Assembly: GCA_963800235.1 (NCBI GenBank)
Contig: CAWDAD010000003.1
Span: 776,299 to 840,298 of the forward strand
Direction: 5' to 3'
Length of the DNA: 64,000 nucleotides
Source: an uncultured Acidimicrobiales bacterium
GTDB taxonomy: Bacteria; Actinomycetota; Acidimicrobiia; Acidimicrobiales; Iamiaceae
Part shown: positions 46,505 through 56,448 of the stretch, in pieces
Position numbering within the stretch: the first letter of the stretch is position 1
How the letters are laid out: each line of letters starts with the position of its first letter
The notes under the pieces: generated by a model
Seen by the model: the letters and a program-made list of their open reading frames with translations, nothing else
The model's database searches: none
What the model was told of the DNA's origin: nothing
Made by a program: the position numbers and the translations under genes

Positions 46505-48427
46505 GTGCGGCAGCCCCCCATGCACCTCTCGATGCGGTCCCGGGCCGACCTGCAGGGCGCCACCGTGTCCCGCGGGCTGATCCGCCGGGCGTGGACGTTC
46601 GCCCGCCCGTTCCACCGCAAGGTGTACGCCTTCCTGGTCGTCATCATCGGCGAGGCCCTGCTCGGCCTGGCACCGCCGCTCTTGATCCGCCGCATCGTCG
46701 ACACCGCCCTGCCGCAGAAGGACGGCGGGCTGGTGACGGTGCTGGCCGGGCTGATGATCGGCGCGGCCGTGCTGAACGGCGTGCTGTCGCTGATCGAGCG
46801 CTACTTCTCCTCGACCGTCGGCGAGGGCCTCATCTTCCACCTGCGCTCGGCGCTGTTCGAGCACGTGCAGCGCATGCCCCTGGCCTTCTTCACCCGCACC
46901 CAGACCGGCGCCCTGATCAGCCGCATGAACAACGACGTCATCGGCGCCCAGCAGGCGGTCACCCAGACGCTCGGCTCGGTGGTCTCCAACGTCGTGGTGC
47001 TGCTCACGACCCTGACGGCGATGGCCCTGCTGCAGTGGCAGCTCACCCTGCTGTCGCTGGTGCTCCTGCCGCTGTTCCTGATCCCGGCCAAGCGGGTCGG
47101 CCGCCAGCTGCAGGGCATCACCCGGGAGGGCATGAACCTCAACGCCTCCATGAACGCCACCATGAACGAGCGGTTCAACGTGTCGGGGGCACTCCTGGTC
47201 AAGCTGTTCGGCCACCGTCGGCGCGAGCTCGAGGACTTCGACGACCGGGCCGGCAAGGTGCGCGACATCGGCGTGCGGTCGGCCATGTACAGCCGGACCT
47301 TCGTCGTGGCCCTCTCGCTGGTCGGCGCCATCGGGACCGCCGCCATCTACCTGGTCGGCGGCCACATGGTGATCAGCGGGGCGGTCAGCCTCGGCACGCT
47401 CATCGCCCTGGGCGCCTTCGTCACCCAGATCTACGCCCCGCTCACCTCGCTGACCAACGCCCGGGTCGACCTGATGACCGCCTTCGTCTCCTTCGACCGG
47501 GTGTTCGAGGTGCTCGACGCCCCGGTCCAGGTCGACGACCGGCCCGGCGCCGTCGACCTGGTCGACCCGGTCGGCCGCATCGAGCTCGACGCCGTCACGT
47601 TCCGCTACCCCGCCGCCTCGGAGGTCTCGATCGCCTCGCTCGAGGCCGACGTCGGCGTGCCGCTCAGCGACGACCCGTCGAGGATGGTGCTGCAGGGCGT
47701 CGACGCCACCTTCGAGCCGGGCCAGCTGATCGCCCTGGTCGGGCCCTCCGGCGCCGGCAAGACGACGCTGAGCCAGCTCGTCCCCCGCATCTACGACGTC
47801 ACCGGCGGCGCCGTCCGGGTCGACGGCCACGACGTGCGCGACCTGACCCAGGACAGCCTGCGGGCCGCCATGGGGGTCGTCAGCCAGGACCCGCACCTGT
47901 TCCACGAGACCGTCGGCGAGAACCTGCGCTACGCCCGACCCGGCGCAACCGACGCCGAGCTCGACGCCGCCTGCCGGGCCGCTCGCATCGACCAGGTGGT
48001 CGCCGGCCTCCCCGACGGGTACGACACCGTCGTCGGCGAGCGTGGCTACCGGCTGTCCGGCGGCGAGAAGCAGCGGCTGGCCATCGCCCGCATGCTGCTG
48101 AAGGACCCCGCCGTCGTCATCCTCGACGAGGCCACCAGCCACCTCGACAGCGAGAACGAGGCGCTCATCCAGCAGGCCCTGGCGACGGCGCTGGCCGGCC
48201 GGACCTCGATCGTGATCGCCCACCGGCTGTCGACCATCGCCGCCGCCGACCAGATCCTGGTGATGGACGACGGGCGGATCGTGCAGCGGGGCCGCCACGA
48301 CGACCTGCTGGCCGCCGGCGGTCTCTACGCCGACCTGTACCGCACCCTCGTGCGATCCGAGACCCGTCCCGCCGGTGCGGCCGAGCCCGCCGGTGGGGCC
48401 GAGCCCGAGCCGACCCCCGTCGACTGA
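46505..48427 (+). CDS. ABC exporter, fused permease + ATPase (MsbA/MdlB-like half-transporter)
   Basis: 640 aa. Six TM helices, then Walker A GPSGAGKTT, signature LSGGEKQR, Walker B ILDEATS, H-loop. Confidence 0.85.
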   Translation: MRQPPMHLSMRSRADLQGATVSRGLIRRAWTFARPFHRKVYAFLVVIIGEALLGLAPPLLIRRIVDTALPQKDGGLVTVLAGLMIGAAVLNGVLSLIERYFSSTVGEGLIFHLRSALFEHVQRMPLAFFTRTQTGALISRMNNDVIGAQQAVTQTLGSVVSNVVVLLTTLTAMALLQWQLTLLSLVLLPLFLIPAKRVGRQLQGITREGMNLNASMNATMNERFNVSGALLVKLFGHRRRELEDFDDRAGKVRDIGVRSAMYSRTFVVALSLVGAIGTAAIYLVGGHMVISGAVSLGTLIALGAFVTQIYAPLTSLTNARVDLMTAFVSFDRVFEVLDAPVQVDDRPGAVDLVDPVGRIELDAVTFRYPAASEVSIASLEADVGVPLSDDPSRMVLQGVDATFEPGQLIALVGPSGAGKTTLSQLVPRIYDVTGGAVRVDGHDVRDLTQDSLRAAMGVVSQDPHLFHETVGENLRYARPGATDAELDAACRAARIDQVVAGLPDGYDTVVGERGYRLSGGEKQRLAIARMLLKDPAVVILDEATSHLDSENEALIQQALATALAGRTSIVIAHRLSTIAAADQILVMDDGRIVQRGRHDDLLAAGGLYADLYRTLVRSETRPAGAAEPAGGAEPEPTPVD

Positions 48428-48464
48428 CCCAGCTCTTCTCGCCGGACCCACCCGTCGGCGAGGT

Positions 48465-48508
48465 TCTCGGGACAACGGTCGCGCGTCCACGCGCTCCATG
48501 TCCCGAGA
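48465..48508. repeat. Palindromic element copy B, 37 nt after the ABC exporter stop; the central 7-nt core is inverted relative to copies A and C
   Basis: tctcgggacaacggtcgcgcgtccacgcgctccatgtcccgaga. Core cgtccac against tggacg(t/c) in A and C. Confidence 0.7.
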
Positions 48509-48528
48509 ACGGTTGGTGGGTGGTGGGG

Positions 48529-50727
48529 TCAGGTGCGGGCACCGTGGAAGCGACGGAGGCGCAGGGAGTTCGAGACCACGAACACCGAGGAGAAGCCCAT
48601 GGCCCCGGCGGCGATCATCGGGTTCAGCACGCCGACCACGGCCAGCGGGATGGCGCAGACGTTGTAGGCGAAGGCCCAGAAGAGGTTGCCCTTGATGGTC
48701 GAGAGCGTCCGCCGGGACAGCGCCACCGCGTCGGCCACCGCCCGCAGGTCACCGCTCATGACGGTGAGGTCGGAGGCCTCCACCGCGACGTCGGTGCCGG
48801 TGCCCACCGCGATGCCGAGGTCGGCGGCGGCCAGGGCGGCGGCGTCGTTCACCCCGTCGCCGACCATGGCCACCACGTGCCCGTCGCGCTGGAGCGAGTC
48901 GACGTAGGCGAGCTTGTCGTCGGGCCGGACCTCGGCCCGGACCCGGTCGATGCCCACCGCGGTGGCCACCGCCTCGGCCGTCCGCGGGTTGTCGCCGGTG
49001 AGGAGGTGGGTGGTGAGCCCGAGGCCGGACAGTCGGCGCACCGCTTCGGCGCTGGTCGGCTTCACCGCGTCGGCGACCGCCGCCACCCCCCGGGCGGCGT
49101 CGTCCCACCCCACGAACACCGCCGTGCGGCCGTCCGCCGCCAGGCGGCCGGCGGCGTCGGACAGCTCGCCGGGCACCCGGTCGAAGAGGCCGGCGCGCCC
49201 GACGACCACCTCGACGCCGTCGACCCGGCCCCGCACCCCGAAGCCGGCCTCGCTCTCGAAGTCGTCGACGGGCAGCAGCTCGGTCCGGTCGACGCCGTTC
49301 GCCACCGCCCGGGCGATGGGGTGCTCGCTGGCCGCCTCGACCGACGCCGCCAGCCGCCGGACCCGAGCGCCGTCCTCGCCGTCGGCGACGACCACCTCGA
49401 CCAGCTCCATCCGGCCCTCGGTGACCGTGCCGGTCTTGTCGAGCACCACGGTGTCGATGGCCCGCGTCGACTCGAGCACCTCGCCTCCCTTGATGACGAT
49501 GCCGAGCTGGGCCGCCCGACCGGTGCCGACCAGGATGGCGGTGGGTGTGGCCAGCCCCAGCGCGCACGGGCAGGCCACGATGAGCACCGCCACCGCGGCG
49601 GTGAAGGCGACGCCGGCGTCGTGGCCGGTGGCCAGCCACCCGGCCAGGGTCAGCGCGGCGGCCACCAGGACCACCGGCACGAACACCGCCGAGACCCGGT
49701 CGGCCAGCCGCTGCACGGGCGCCTTGGTCGACTGGGCCTGCTCGACCAGGCGCACGATCTGCGCCAGGGCGGTGCCGGCGCCGACCGCGGTCGCCTCGAC
49801 GACCAGCCGCCCCGACGCGTTCACCGTGCCACCGACCACGTCGCCGCCGACCTCGACCTCGACGGGGACCGGCTCGCCGGTGAGCATCGACTCGTCGACC
49901 GCCGACCGCCCGTCGACGACGGTGCCGTCGGTGGCCACCCGCTCCCCCGGGCGGACGACGAAGCGCTGCCCCACCAGGAGGTCGGCCACGGGCACCTCGG
50001 TGCCGTCCTCCAGCTCGGCGGTCCGGGCCCCCAGCTCGCCCAGCGCCCGCAGTGCGGCGCCCGAGCGCCGGCGCGCCCGGGCCTCGAACCACCGGCCCAG
50101 CAGGATCAGCGTGATGATCACCGCCGCCGTCTCGAAGTAGAGGTGCGGGCCGCCGTCGCCCCCACCGGAGGCGCCGTCGAAGAAGAGCAGCACGACCGTG
50201 CTCCAGGTCCAGGCGGCGACCGTGCCGAGGGTGACGAGGCTGTCCATGGTGGCGGCGCGGTGGCGGAGGTTGGTCAGGGTCGCGGCGTGGAAGCCGAGAC
50301 CGCTCACCCAGACCACCGGCGTGGCCAGCGCGAGCGCCACCCAGCCCCAGCCGGTGAACTGCAGGCTCGAGACCATCGACAGGGCGAGCAGCGGGACGGT
50401 GAGCACCGCGGCGAGCGCCAGGCGACGCCCGGTGGTGCGGACCTCCTCGTCCTCGGCCGACGACCCGTCCTCGCGCCCGGCGACCTCGGCCGGTTCGGGC
50501 GACCGGTAGCCGAGGTCGGTGATGGCGCCCCGGAGGTCGTCCGGCGCCACCGCACCCGGTCGGTAGGCGACGGTGGCCCGGGCGGTCGCCAGGTTCACGT
50601 CGGCCTGCTCGACCCCGTCCATCCCCGACAGGGCCTTGGTGACCCGGCCGACGCACGAGGCGCAGCTCATGCCCTCGACCGGGAGGTCGATCACCTCGGT
50701 CGCGGCGTGGTCGGTGCGGCTGCTCAT
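48529..50727 (-). CDS. copA: Copper-translocating P1B-type ATPase
   Basis: From ATG 50727: N-terminal HMA domain [14 protein letters not shown] in TM6 (ACPCALG), DKTGT phosphorylation site, [10 protein letters not shown] hinge. A TTG at 50748 is an alternative start. Confidence 0.85.
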   Translation of the reverse strand: MSSRTDHAATEVIDLPVEGMSCASCVGRVTKALSGMDGVEQADVNLATARATVAYRPGAVAPDDLRGAITDLGYRSPEPAEVAGREDGSSAEDEEVRTTGRRLALAAVLTVPLLALSMVSSLQFTGWGWVALALATPVVWVSGLGFHAATLTNLRHRAATMDSLVTLGTVAAWTWSTVVLLFFDGASGGGDGGPHLYFETAAVIITLILLGRWFEARARRRSGAALRALGELGARTAELEDGTEVPVADLLVGQRFVVRPGERVATDGTVVDGRSAVDESMLTGEPVPVEVEVGGDVVGGTVNASGRLVVEATAVGAGTALAQIVRLVEQAQSTKAPVQRLADRVSAVFVPVVLVAAALTLAGWLATGHDAGVAFTAAVAVLIVACPCALGLATPTAILVGTGRAAQLGIVIKGGEVLESTRAIDTVVLDKTGTVTEGRMELVEVVVADGEDGARVRRLAASVEAASEHPIARAVANGVDRTELLPVDDFESEAGFGVRGRVDGVEVVVGRAGLFDRVPGELSDAAGRLAADGRTAVFVGWDDAARGVAAVADAVKPTSAEAVRRLSGLGLTTHLLTGDNPRTAEAVATAVGIDRVRAEVRPDDKLAYVDSLQRDGHVVAMVGDGVNDAAALAAADLGIAVGTGTDVAVEASDLTVMSGDLRAVADAVALSRRTLSTIKGNLFWAFAYNVCAIPLAVVGVLNPMIAAGAMGFSSVFVVSNSLRLRRFHGART

Positions 50728-50732
50728 GGCGG

Positions 50733-50756
50733 ATAGGGTACCCCCCAACCCTATGA
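50733..50756. promoter_or_regulatory. 22-bp palindrome ATAGGGTACCCCCCAACCCTAT in the 25-nt gap between divergent copA and csoR; candidate CsoR operator
   Basis: ATAGGGT-N8-ACCCTAT with a central GGGTACCC sub-palindrome. GC-rich pseudo-palindromes of this type are the known CsoR binding sites. Confidence 0.45.
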
Positions 50757-51052
50757 GCGCCCACTCCGCCGCGCCCGGCTACTCCAGCACCAAGGAGCAG
50801 CACCTCGTCCGCCTCCGACGCATCGAGGGCCAGGTCCGCGGCCTGCAGCGGATGATCGACGAGGACACCTACTGCGTCGAGGTGCTCACCCAGATCGCCT
50901 CGGTGACCAAGGCCCTGCAGAAGGTCGGTCTCGGCCTGCTCGACGAGCACGTGCGCCACTGCGTGCTCGACGCGGCCGCCGAGAGCCAGGCCGCCGGCGA
51001 CGCCAAGGTGCACGAGGCGGTCGAGGCGGTCGCCCGCCTGCTCCGCAGCTGA
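50753..51052 (+). CDS. csoR: Copper-sensing transcriptional repressor, CsoR/RcnR family (DUF156)
   Basis: 99 aa from ATG 50753. [15 protein letters not shown]...[19 protein letters not shown]...HCV (Cys-His-Cys ligand set in W-X-Y-Z positions). Confidence 0.8.
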   Translation: MSAHSAAPGYSSTKEQHLVRLRRIEGQVRGLQRMIDEDTYCVEVLTQIASVTKALQKVGLGLLDEHVRHCVLDAAAESQAAGDAKVHEAVEAVARLLRS

Positions 51053-51106
51053 CGGCGGCCCGGGCGGGGCGGGCCGGGATCGAGCCCCGCCCGGGTCAGC
51101 GCCGGA

Positions 51107-53806
51107 TCAGACCTGGGGAGCGGTGCAGGGCTGGCCGCCGCAGGTGTCGGTGACCATGCCGCCGACCTGCAGGAAGTCGGACTTCTGCTGCTGGGCCGCC
51201 GGCGCCCGGCGCGGGTCCTCGTGGGGGTCGTGGCCGACGCTCGGCGGGGTGTTGGTGACCGGCGGCAGCGGGCTGCCGGAGTCCCAGTAGACGATGGCCG
51301 AGCCGTCGTAGGGGTAGCCGGGGATGGCGGGGATGCCCCACAGGGGCGTGACGTCGTTGCTGCGACCCGGTGCGACGGCGGGCTGGCGGGCGGGGATGCC
51401 GGCGGTGCGGGCCTCGGTGTCGGCCGCCACCGTGGCGACCTGGTGGTCACCGAGGGCGACGTGCATCAGCACCTCGTGGGCCGGTGTGCCGGGCAGCGGA
51501 TCGCCGGTGAGGTGGGCGGCGTAGCCGTCGGGCTCCGACCGGTCCCACTGCATCTGGATGATCGCCAGCAGCAACGTGCGCTCGAGCACGTCGGGGTAGG
51601 CGCTGGCCGCCACCGACTCGAAGGGGGCGAAGTCGACGCTGCGCTCGACCAGCGTGTTGAAGTTCATGCCCGGCACCCCGAGCACGGCGCGGGTCCACTC
51701 GGTCGAGACCGCGGTGGCCAGGCCGCCGAGGATGCCGCCCTGGCTGTTGCCGTCGTAGAACACGTCACCGGTCTGGATCACCGGGCCGGACTCCGACTGG
51801 AACGCCGGGTCGGTGACCAGGCCCTGCGGCGAGGACATGAGCCGGCCGAGGAACAGGAAGGCGAGCACCCCCTGCTGCACGCGGTCGGCCAGCTCGGGGA
51901 ACTTCGACAGGTCGTTCAGGATCCCGAAGGCGGTGGGCAGGTCGGCGTTGGCCATGCCGAGCCAGTCGGTGGCGCAGTACACCATGTCGTGGCCGGCGGC
52001 CATGGTCGTCTCGGCGCTCGAGTTCACCTCGCTCTGCCCGCCGAAGAGCCCGTGCCCGTAGACGGTCGCCCGCCCCGGGGTGGTCAGCGCGCTGGTCGGC
52101 ACGATGCAGGTGAAGGTGGTGGTGAGGTCGTGGCCGGCGTACCGGGGAAGGCCGTCGGGGCCCTCGTCGAAGCGGCCGCCGGGCCCGTCCTGGGTCAGGT
52201 AGCTGGGCACGGTGAAGGTGCCCTGCACCCGGCGGGCGATGCCGTCGGCGGGCGCCTGGTCGACCTGGGTGACGTGGAAGGAGGGCGCGCCGGAGCCGAG
52301 CCGGGCGAAGGCGTCGTCACGGATGTGGAGCATGCGGCCGGTGGTGTTGGCCGTGCTGGCGACGGTGAAGTCCCACGTCAGGTACAGGTCGCTGCGACCG
52401 ATGCCGGCGTCGCCAAGCTCGGAGAACAGCTGCTCCATGTGGGGCCGGCGCCGCTCGAAGCCGTCGATGTTGCCCGGCTCGGGGAGCTGGTCGCGGTAGC
52501 GGACGAAGGCGTCGGAGGGGACCAGCGGCGCCCCGTTGCCGTCGCGCAGGTTCCGCAGGGCGACGACGTAGCGGTGGCCGGCCTGGAAGTCGACGGCGGG
52601 CCGGATGTACAGGAGCTGGTTGCCGGGCCGGCCCGACGGGGGGGCGTTGCTGTCGAGCTCGACCCAGATGGGCTGTCGCTGCCCGGTGGTGGCGTCGACC
52701 ACGACGATCGGCGCGTCCGGGGCCTGGTACTGCGCGATGTCGGTGATCGGCACCGCCCCGGTCCGGGCCAGGTCGATGCCCGGAACGTAGGCGGTGATGG
52801 GCTGGCCGACGGCGAAGCCGTCGCTGCGGTTGGTCGGGCCGACCGCCACCGGCGTGCCGCTGGCGTTGGTCGCCATCATCGACGGCCGCAGCGCCACCCG
52901 TCGGCCGGTCAGCGACTGGCCGTCGGGGACGGTGAAGTAGTCGTTCGGGAAGGGCAGCAGGCAGCTGCGGCCGGCCAGCGGGTCGCACCCGGTCCGGACC
53001 GCCTCGGGGCTCGCCATCAGCGAGGCGACGATGTCGCGCACCCCGGCGGTGGCGGCGAGGAACGGGCCGTGCCAGGCCGTGTAGCCCTGGGCGTCGACCG
53101 GGCGGTCGAAGACCAGCCGGTACGAGTCGCTGATCACCCGGAAGGCGATCTCGTCGGTGTGCAGCAGGCGGTACACCAGCACGAAGCGGGGGACGCCGGC
53201 GTCGAGCTGGCCGGTCCAGTAGGTGAGCCCGCCTCGGTCGCCGTCACGGCCGAACAGGTCCTGGTAGGTGCGGGCGACGAAGTCGGCCGAGGTGCCCCCG
53301 GACTGGCGGTAGTGCTCGTTGGAGCTGAGGAAGAAGACCTGCAGGTCCTCGAAGGAGCGGCCCTGGTGGAGCTGGCCGAGCCAGTACGTCCGGCCGCCGG
53401 CGTCCGGGGCCCGACCCAGGTAGAGGTAGGCGCGGTCGACCAGGTGGCCGAGGTACTCGTTCGAGGTGGCGATGGCCTGGACGGCGGCGGCCGGCGACTG
53501 GTCGGCCACCTGGCCCCAGTAGGCGGTCTCGGCCCGGTTCGGCTGCCGGCCGAGCAGGGTCTGGTAGAGCTGCGACACGTAGGCCGACGAGGCGGGCAGG
53601 GTCGGGATGACGCCCGCCTCTGGGCTGTCGGCGGCCGGCGCCGCCGGCGCGGCAGCGCGTCCGGGCGCGGCAGCGCGTCCGGGCGGGGTGGCCGCCGGCA
53701 CCGCGGCGGCCGGCCCGGCGACGGCGAGAAGCGGTGCGACCAGGGCGAGGGCGCCGATCAGCGCCGACCCGACCAGGACCCGCGATCGCCGATGTGCTGC
53801 AGCCAT
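51107..53806 (-). CDS. Large secreted protein with four N-terminal DUF4214 repeats and an about 600-aa C-terminal domain of unknown function
   Basis: From ATG 53806: signal peptide (VLVGSALIGALALVAPLLAVAGPAAA). DUF4214 repeats (YVSQLYQTLLGRQPNRAETAYW, YLYLGRAPDAGGRTYW, YQDLFGRDGDRGGLTYW, YRLVFDRPVDAQGYTAW). Remainder unassigned. Confidence 0.55.
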   Translation of the reverse strand: MAAAHRRSRVLVGSALIGALALVAPLLAVAGPAAAVPAATPPGRAAAPGRAAAPAAPAADSPEAGVIPTLPASSAYVSQLYQTLLGRQPNRAETAYWGQVADQSPAAAVQAIATSNEYLGHLVDRAYLYLGRAPDAGGRTYWLGQLHQGRSFEDLQVFFLSSNEHYRQSGGTSADFVARTYQDLFGRDGDRGGLTYWTGQLDAGVPRFVLVYRLLHTDEIAFRVISDSYRLVFDRPVDAQGYTAWHGPFLAATAGVRDIVASLMASPEAVRTGCDPLAGRSCLLPFPNDYFTVPDGQSLTGRRVALRPSMMATNASGTPVAVGPTNRSDGFAVGQPITAYVPGIDLARTGAVPITDIAQYQAPDAPIVVVDATTGQRQPIWVELDSNAPPSGRPGNQLLYIRPAVDFQAGHRYVVALRNLRDGNGAPLVPSDAFVRYRDQLPEPGNIDGFERRRPHMEQLFSELGDAGIGRSDLYLTWDFTVASTANTTGRMLHIRDDAFARLGSGAPSFHVTQVDQAPADGIARRVQGTFTVPSYLTQDGPGGRFDEGPDGLPRYAGHDLTTTFTCIVPTSALTTPGRATVYGHGLFGGQSEVNSSAETTMAAGHDMVYCATDWLGMANADLPTAFGILNDLSKFPELADRVQQGVLAFLFLGRLMSSPQGLVTDPAFQSESGPVIQTGDVFYDGNSQGGILGGLATAVSTEWTRAVLGVPGMNFNTLVERSVDFAPFESVAASAYPDVLERTLLLAIIQMQWDRSEPDGYAAHLTGDPLPGTPAHEVLMHVALGDHQVATVAADTEARTAGIPARQPAVAPGRSNDVTPLWGIPAIPGYPYDGSAIVYWDSGSPLPPVTNTPPSVGHDPHEDPRRAPAAQQQKSDFLQVGGMVTDTCGGQPCTAPQV

Positions 53807-53912
53807 GCGCTCTCCCCAGGACCCCTCGGTCGGCGGTCGATGGTGACCGCCGGGTGAACGCCAACTGTCGCGCAGATCCCCGCCCCGGGTCGACGCCGCC
53901 CGCGACGGCCGG

Positions 53913-55289
53913 TTGGCGGCGGCCTTGACGGGCCACACTGGCCGGGTGGACCCGGCCCTCGACCGCACCTACGCGGTGGGCGAGCTGTCGAACGAGCTGT
54001 CCCGGCTGCTCGCCGCCGCCTTCCCGGCCGAGGTCTGGGTGCAGGGCCAGCTCCGCAACCTCAACCGGTCGGCGACCGGCCACGTCTACTTCGACCTGAC
54101 CGAGCCCACCGCCCTCGGGGACAAGCCGGCGGCGGTGCTGCCGGTGACGCTGTTCGACGGCGACCGGCGGCTGGTGAACCGCCAGCTCCGGCAGGCCTCC
54201 GCCGCCGTGCGCATGGACGACGGCGTCGAGGCCCGCATCCGGGGCCGGCTGCAGTGGTACGGCGCCGGCGGACGGTTGAGCCTGCGCATGACCGCCATCG
54301 ATCCCGCCTACACCCTCGGTCGCCTGATCCAGGACCGCGACCGGCTGCTGGCCGTCCTCGAGTCCGAGGGCCTGCTGCGTCGCAACGGGCTGCTGCCCCT
54401 GCCGCCGGTCCCCCTCGCCGTCGGGCTGGTGACCAGCGCCGGCAGCGCCGCCCACGCCGACTTCCTGCACGAGCTGGAGGCCAGCGGCCTGGGCTGGCGG
54501 GTCACGCTGGTCGACGCCCGCACGCAGGGCGAGGCGGCCCCCGCCGCCGTCGCCGACGCGCTGCGCACCCTGGCCGGACGCCGGGTCGACGTGGTGGCCC
54601 TGGTCCGCGGTGGCGGCTCCCGCACCGACCTGGCCTGCTTCGACCGCGAGGTCGTGGCCCGCACCATCGCCGGCCTCGACGTGCCGGTGGTGACCGGCAT
54701 CGGCCACGAGGTCGACACCTCCGTCGCCGACGTGGTCGCCCACACCTCGGCCAAGACCCCCACCGCCTGCGCCGCCCTGCTGGTCGAGCGGGTGCGCCGG
54801 TTCGCCATCGACGTCGAGGGGGCCTGGGCCGCCATCACCGCCCGGGCCGACCGCCGGCTGGGCGAGGCCGAGCGGCGAACCGTCGACGCCGCCGTGCGGG
54901 CCCGTCGCTCGACCCGGGGCGCGCTGGCGGTGGCCGCCTCGGGCGGCGAACGGGCCGAGGCCCGGCTCCGGAGGCTGGCCGCGGTGGCGCCCGAGCGGGC
55001 CGCGGCGCGGCTCGGGACGGTCGGCGTCGACCTCGACCGGTCGGCGGGGCGCACCCTGGTCGCCGCCGGGCATCGCCTGGACCTGGCCGCCGCCACCGTG
55101 GCCGGGGCCGACCCCGAGCGGGTCCTGGCGCGGGGCTGGTCGCTCGTGCGCCGGGCCGACGGCGCCCTGGTGCGCTCGACCGCCGACGCCCGTCCCGGCG
55201 ACGCCCTGTCGGTCACCGTGACCGACGGCCGGTTCGCCGCCGAGGTCGTCGATCCCGTGGACCAGACTGGCGACCGCCATGGAACCTGA
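53913..55289 (+). CDS. xseA: Exodeoxyribonuclease VII large subunit
   Basis: N-terminal OB fold (YAVGELSNELSRLL...VWVQGQLRNL), then catalytic and coiled-coil regions. TTG 53913 or GTG 53946 as start. Confidence 0.8.
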   Translation: MAAALTGHTGRVDPALDRTYAVGELSNELSRLLAAAFPAEVWVQGQLRNLNRSATGHVYFDLTEPTALGDKPAAVLPVTLFDGDRRLVNRQLRQASAAVRMDDGVEARIRGRLQWYGAGGRLSLRMTAIDPAYTLGRLIQDRDRLLAVLESEGLLRRNGLLPLPPVPLAVGLVTSAGSAAHADFLHELEASGLGWRVTLVDARTQGEAAPAAVADALRTLAGRRVDVVALVRGGGSRTDLACFDREVVARTIAGLDVPVVTGIGHEVDTSVADVVAHTSAKTPTACAALLVERVRRFAIDVEGAWAAITARADRRLGEAERRTVDAAVRARRSTRGALAVAASGGERAEARLRRLAAVAPERAAARLGTVGVDLDRSAGRTLVAAGHRLDLAAATVAGADPERVLARGWSLVRRADGALVRSTADARPGDALSVTVTDGRFAAEVVDPVDQTGDRHGT

Positions 55290-55737
55290 TCCGGGCACCG
55301 ACCCGCCGTCCTACCGGGCCGCCGCCGAGGAGCTCGAGCAGATCCTCTCGGACCTCGACGACGACCACCTCGACGTCGACGTGCTGGCCGGCAAGGTCCG
55401 GCGGGCGTCCCGGCTGATCGCCTTCTGCCGGGACCGCATCAGCGCCGCCCGGATGGAGGTCGAGCAGGTGGTCGCCGACCTGGACCCGCCGTCGCAGCCG
55501 GTGCGGTCGGCCGAGCCGGCCTGGCCGTCGGCCCCGACCGGCGACGACGCCCCCACCCGGCTGGCCGACGACCGGACCGGGGGTGGCCGGGACGACGACG
55601 GGGACGACCCGACGCTGGTGACGGAGATCGACCGGACCGCAGCGGCGAGCTCGAGCGAGGACGACCCCACCCTGCTGGCCGACCGGCCGGTCAGGACCAG
55701 CGATCGATCAGATCCACCAGCTCCGGCAGGGAGCTGA
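55279..55737 (+). CDS. xseB: Exodeoxyribonuclease VII small subunit with an acidic low-complexity C-terminal extension
   Basis: ATG 55279 overlaps the xseA stop by 11 nt. Core YRAAAEELEQILSDLDDDHLDVDVLAGKVRRASRLIAFCRDRI is XseB-like. 152 aa is about twice the usual length. The 3' end overlaps the convergent HAD gene by 47 nt. Confidence 0.65.
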   Translation: MEPDPGTDPPSYRAAAEELEQILSDLDDDHLDVDVLAGKVRRASRLIAFCRDRISAARMEVEQVVADLDPPSQPVRSAEPAWPSAPTGDDAPTRLADDRTGGGRDDDGDDPTLVTEIDRTAAASSSEDDPTLLADRPVRTSDRSDPPAPAGS

Positions 55738-56404
55738 TGGTGGCGTCGGGCTCGGCCGGGCCCGACGGCACGTCGCCGTTCGGGCGCAGCACCGCTCGCA
55801 TGCCGACCGCCTTGGCCCCACCGATGTCGTCGAGCGGCCGGTCGCCGACGAAGACCGCGTCGACCGGCTCGATCGGCGCGCCGTTCGACACCGCCCGCAG
55901 GGCCGCCCCGAAGGTCGAGGGGTGCGGCTTCATGTGGCTCAGCTCGCTGGTGTAGAGCCGGGCGTCGAGCAGCTCGACCAGCCCGTCCCGGGCCAGCAGC
56001 TCCTCGTGGAAGCGGCGGGGCCAGTGGGTGTTCGAGAGCAGCCCGGTGCGGAGGCCTCGCGCCCGCAGGGTCCGCAGCACCTCGCCGGCGTCGGGGTCGT
56101 GCTGCAGGTGCCGGGACCAGTCGTCCAGGTGGTGGTCGGCGACCTCGGCCACCACCGCGTCGACCACGTCGAGCCCGAGCTCGTCGGCCGCCAGGGCGAT
56201 GATGTCGGCGAGGGTGCCGCTCTCCTGGGTCGTCGTCGTCCGCTCCCAGAGCTGCTGCTCGACCCGCAGCAGGGCCTCGGCCGCCGCCTCGGGCGCGTCG
56301 GGGTGCAGACGGGCGGCTGCGCCCCGCCAGAGGTCGAGCAGGTCGACCGAGGCGAACGGGGTCAGGGTGCCGCCCCAGTCGAAGATCACCGCCCGCACCG
56401 GCAT
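55691..56404 (-). CDS. HAD-superfamily hydrolase
   Basis: 237 aa. Motif I VIFDWGGTL (DxG), motif III K, motif IV GDRPLDDIGGAKAVG. Confidence 0.75.
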   Translation of the reverse strand: MPVRAVIFDWGGTLTPFASVDLLDLWRGAAARLHPDAPEAAAEALLRVEQQLWERTTTTQESGTLADIIALAADELGLDVVDAVVAEVADHHLDDWSRHLQHDPDAGEVLRTLRARGLRTGLLSNTHWPRRFHEELLARDGLVELLDARLYTSELSHMKPHPSTFGAALRAVSNGAPIEPVDAVFVGDRPLDDIGGAKAVGMRAVLRPNGDVPSGPAEPDATISSLPELVDLIDRWS

Positions 56405-56448
56405 GGGGCCACGGTACCGGCGCGGTCCCCTGCGGCCCGTCGTCGCAG

